The notes below the pieces were generated by a model. It was given only the letters and a program-made list of their open reading frames with translations. It had not been told where the DNA came from and ran no database searches. The translations under genes and the position numbers were made by a program. Positions 38,222 through 41,050 of a stretch of 41,050 nucleotides of DNA are shown piece after piece. The stretch lies in NCBI GenBank assembly GCA_036337435.1, contig JAYZEG010000009.1:1-41050 (forward strand), read 5' to 3'. The stretch is from Myxococcota bacterium (GTDB lineage Bacteria > Myxococcota_A > Bradymonadia > UBA7976 > UBA1532). Every line of letters starts with the position of its first letter. Positions within the stretch are counted from its first letter, which is position 1.

Positions 38222-39610
38222 ATGGAATCCGTCGAGAGCCAGCCCTCGGAAAAGAGCGTCCAATCCGATGCCCCGTTTTGGCCGTCAGGTCGTTTTTTGG
38301 GCCATCTTGAACAGGTTGGCCAAGACCCACTCAATACGATGATTAAAGCGCATCGCGAATACGGCGAAATTGTCCGGATTCGGCTGGGCCCGCTCCAGGC
38401 CTTCTTTATATTCGATCCCGCGGTTGTCAAAGAAGCACTCATTGCCAAGGCAGATGATTTTGCGAAGACAACCCGCGGATACAACAAGCTGCGATTGTTC
38501 TTGGGCAACGGGCTTGTAACCAGTGAAGGCAGCTTCTGGCGTCGTCAAAGACGCATCGCGCAACCCGCATTTCGTCGCAAGTGCATCGCAGGTTTCGCGG
38601 CCACCATGACAGAGACGGCCGAGGAACTGGTCGAAAAATGGGGGGCCATTGCAGATTCAGATGAGACCATCGACATGGCTGATGCTATGCGTGAACTGAC
38701 GCTCAAAATCGCCGGTGAGACGTTGATGAGCGTGGACATGACCGGCGATGCAAAGTTGGTCGCTGAAGCCATGGATGTCGCCATGGAGCGCTTTATGGAT
38801 TACCTCGCGAGTCCCATCCCGTACCCAGAATACATGCCAACACTGGCCAACTATAAGTTTTGGATGATTTTCTCGCGGATGAAAAAGCGGGTTGCCGACA
38901 TCATTAAAGAGCGGCGGGACAGCGGTGATGCGGTCCACGATTTATTGGGTCTGTTCATGGCTGCTGAAGATCCCGAGACCGGTGAGAAAATGACCGATCA
39001 GCAATTACGCGACGAGGTTCTGACCATGCTTTCGGCTGGACACGACACCACATCCAATGCGCTTGTCTGGACCCTTCATGAGCTGGCACGACATGCCGCA
39101 GTCGCAGCAGAGCTTGAGGCCGAGTTGGACGCTGTTCTTGGTGGGCGAACACCGAGCATCGAAGACATTCCTAAGATTCAGTACACAGCTCAAGTGGTCA
39201 AAGAGTCGATGCGCGTATATCCACCCGTCTGGGTCGTCGGGCGACAAGCCAAGCGTAAAACCAGCTTGGGTGGCTATAAAATCCCAAAAGGGGCTTACAT
39301 CTTCTTGCCTCAATGGGCCCTTCATAGGCACCCAAAATATTGGGACAACCCAGAGACTTTTGACCCAAGTCGATTTGCACCAGATAAACCGCCACCAGAC
39401 CGATTTTTGTACATGCCGTTTAATCGCGGTCAGCGACAGTGTATTGGAGACCGTTTCGCCGAAATGGAGTTGATTTTAGTCCTCGCCACTTTGGCACAGC
39501 ATTACCGATTCCACTTGGACCCCGACCACGTTGTGGAATTGGAGCCGAGTGTGACTTTGCGGCCAAAAAATGGGTTACCGATGCGGCTCACTCGGCGGAG
39601 ACCAGAGTAA
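38222..39610 (+). CDS. cytochrome P450
   Basis: SD AGGAGG; WRRQRR, I-helix AGHDTT, ExxR (ESMR), PSRF, heme motif FNRGQRQCIG. Confidence 0.95.
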   Translation: MESVESQPSEKSVQSDAPFWPSGRFLGHLEQVGQDPLNTMIKAHREYGEIVRIRLGPLQAFFIFDPAVVKEALIAKADDFAKTTRGYNKLRLFLGNGLVTSEGSFWRRQRRIAQPAFRRKCIAGFAATMTETAEELVEKWGAIADSDETIDMADAMRELTLKIAGETLMSVDMTGDAKLVAEAMDVAMERFMDYLASPIPYPEYMPTLANYKFWMIFSRMKKRVADIIKERRDSGDAVHDLLGLFMAAEDPETGEKMTDQQLRDEVLTMLSAGHDTTSNALVWTLHELARHAAVAAELEAELDAVLGGRTPSIEDIPKIQYTAQVVKESMRVYPPVWVVGRQAKRKTSLGGYKIPKGAYIFLPQWALHRHPKYWDNPETFDPSRFAPDKPPPDRFLYMPFNRGQRQCIGDRFAEMELILVLATLAQHYRFHLDPDHVVELEPSVTLRPKNGLPMRLTRRRPE

Positions 39611-39740
39611 AATAGCCTGTGACGCAACGGGGAACATATGGAGCTGTTGAGGCCTAAGATGTCTTTTGGTAACCGCCTAAGACCGTAGCGGCTTGAATGG
39701 ATCACCAGCTGCGATACACTGGGCGCATTGGAGGTGTCTG

Positions 39741-40721
39741 ATGCGTTTGTTTGTTTATTTGATGGGGCTCTGTCTGCTTTGCATCAGCCCTGCGCGCGCC
39801 GACTACGATGACGAGGTCGAGCGCGAAGTGCCCGGTCTTAACCCGGAGTGTCCTGGGCCATCGGAGGCATCTCCGAATGGTCGGTGCCCCCGCATTCTAC
39901 AGCCGAAAGGTGGTCGTTTGGTCCCCGTACCATCGATGAATGAAGACAGCGAGTTTGAATGCCTATACAGCGGGCCTTTCGAGGTCTACATTGGGGGGAC
40001 CAGCCGTGGCCGGTGCGACCGAGGCAAACCCAATGGCATGTGGACATGGACGCATACCGAGCACTCCTACGACCCAAATGACCCCAACAGCGCAATGCCA
40101 CAGGCGTGCATTACGTGTGAAATGGCTGGCTACGATTGTTGTAAGCCAAGGAAATACACCGGCAGCGGCCGCTATCGCCGCGGTGCTGCACGCGGTGCTC
40201 ATATTGTAAAAAAGGATGGAGATACGGTGACGGTGTCATGCCACAAACTGTCACGCACAAAAGATGAAACTGGTCGGGTTGAATACTCGTCAGAGATGCT
40301 GTGGGAATACTCCATTGACGGCCAGGAGCCTGAACCGGTCTACAAACCCACTCTGAAAGGCTTTTTGCCTTATAAGCCGGAGAAGGAGCCATTCGAGGCA
40401 AGGAAACCCATCCGCTCGGATTTCGATACTGGGGCAGACTACAGAGACGCAATGACTGATTATCGTGATGAAGTCAGGGCGGCTAAAACCGCGCATAGAG
40501 ATGCCATGAAAGCCTACCGTGCCGAATATCGAGAACAACTCCCAAAAGCTCGCGTCGAACTGCGCGAGGCTCTGAAAGAATATCAAAGCGAACGCCGGGC
40601 ATTCGCAAAGGCGAAAAAAATCTTCAAACAGAAAGTCCGAACCCTGGATAAAATGGCCAGGACGTGTCCGAAAATGCCCGGTCGAAAAGCGCTATGTCTC
40701 ATCGCAGATGAGTGTGAGTAG
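39741..40721 (+). CDS. secreted hypothetical protein, Cys-rich N-terminal half and coiled-coil C-terminus
   Basis: SD GGAGG; signal peptide (ARA-D); helical DAM(T/K)xYR repeats. Confidence 0.72.
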   Translation: MRLFVYLMGLCLLCISPARADYDDEVEREVPGLNPECPGPSEASPNGRCPRILQPKGGRLVPVPSMNEDSEFECLYSGPFEVYIGGTSRGRCDRGKPNGMWTWTHTEHSYDPNDPNSAMPQACITCEMAGYDCCKPRKYTGSGRYRRGAARGAHIVKKDGDTVTVSCHKLSRTKDETGRVEYSSEMLWEYSIDGQEPEPVYKPTLKGFLPYKPEKEPFEARKPIRSDFDTGADYRDAMTDYRDEVRAAKTAHRDAMKAYRAEYREQLPKARVELREALKEYQSERRAFAKAKKIFKQKVRTLDKMARTCPKMPGRKALCLIADECE

Positions 40722-40955
40722 TTTATGTCTCTTGATAGTTTTAATGACACAGGCACATAGCTGGCTTTCTTTGTCATCGAGCGGAGGCACTCGACTGATC
40801 CAGGAGGGAGTGATTGGCCATCTCACGACTCAGAGAAACTCCCTCGGCTGGCTTGTCGCGGCGGGCCAGCGTTTTTTTACATTTCAATTGAACTTGTGTT
40901 TGGTCCAGCCCATGTTTGGACCATTGTCTGTACATCCACTGGATTAAACGCGCCT

Positions 40956-41050
40956 ATGCTGGTTTTCGATTTCGTCGCCTTTTTGGTCTTCGGGCTGTTC
41001 GTGAGTGCCGGGATCATATCCAATGTCGTGAGTGGCTCGAGCGCAGGACA
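40956..41050 (+). CDS. possible 3'-truncated membrane/secreted protein
   Basis: ATG 40956 opens a hydrophobic frame (MLVFDFVAFLVFGLFVSAGII...) that runs off the window. No clear SD. Confidence 0.35.
   Translation, partial: MLVFDFVAFLVFGLFVSAGIISNVVSGSSAG

Noticed and set aside
1..41050. Mobile elements, prophage, defence systems, selenoprotein/readthrough or programmed frameshifts
   Set aside because: No integrase, transposase, nuclease or phage motifs were recognised. The redox proteins have ordinary Cys codons and the recognised genes appear intact.

Overview
This is a gene-dense bacterial chromosomal segment with about 31 plausible CDSs and GC roughly in the mid-50s % by eye. I found no rRNA, tRNA, CRISPR array, transposase, integrase or phage gene. 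The many Cys-rich, Asp/Gly-tethered lipoproteins (myxobacterial Cys-rich repeats, thrombospondin type-3 repeats, collagen-like segment, CotH, vWA) suggest a Myxococcota-like, possibly marine, organism (inference). Main blocks: (1) a DUF1289 protein, a class III adenylate cyclase, a 1599-aa mosaic lipoprotein, and a GH18 chitinase with a 27-bp tandem-repeat linker and two unusual 6-Cys C-terminal modules; (2) a possible metal-economy neighbourhood: a COG0523/ZigA-type GTPase with a candidate Zur-like box and a hairpin/uORF leader, an adjacent flavoprotein, zupT, the metal-independent gpmA, a rhodanese and a COG4337-type (iota-class) carbonic anhydrase; (3) a four-gene phosphate-glycopolymer locus (flippase, GT4, LicC-like nucleotidyltransferase, TagF-like transferase); (4) a YtrA-type GntR-SPFH operon with a visible operator palindrome; (5) a run of mostly exported proteins (clan GH-A hydrolase, collagen-like lipoprotein, DUF2237, CotH kinase, AhpD-like, tandem-domain orphan, vWA) plus an SDR and a P450. 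All family calls come from motif recognition without database searches, and several start codons were re-assigned downstream of the ORF track.
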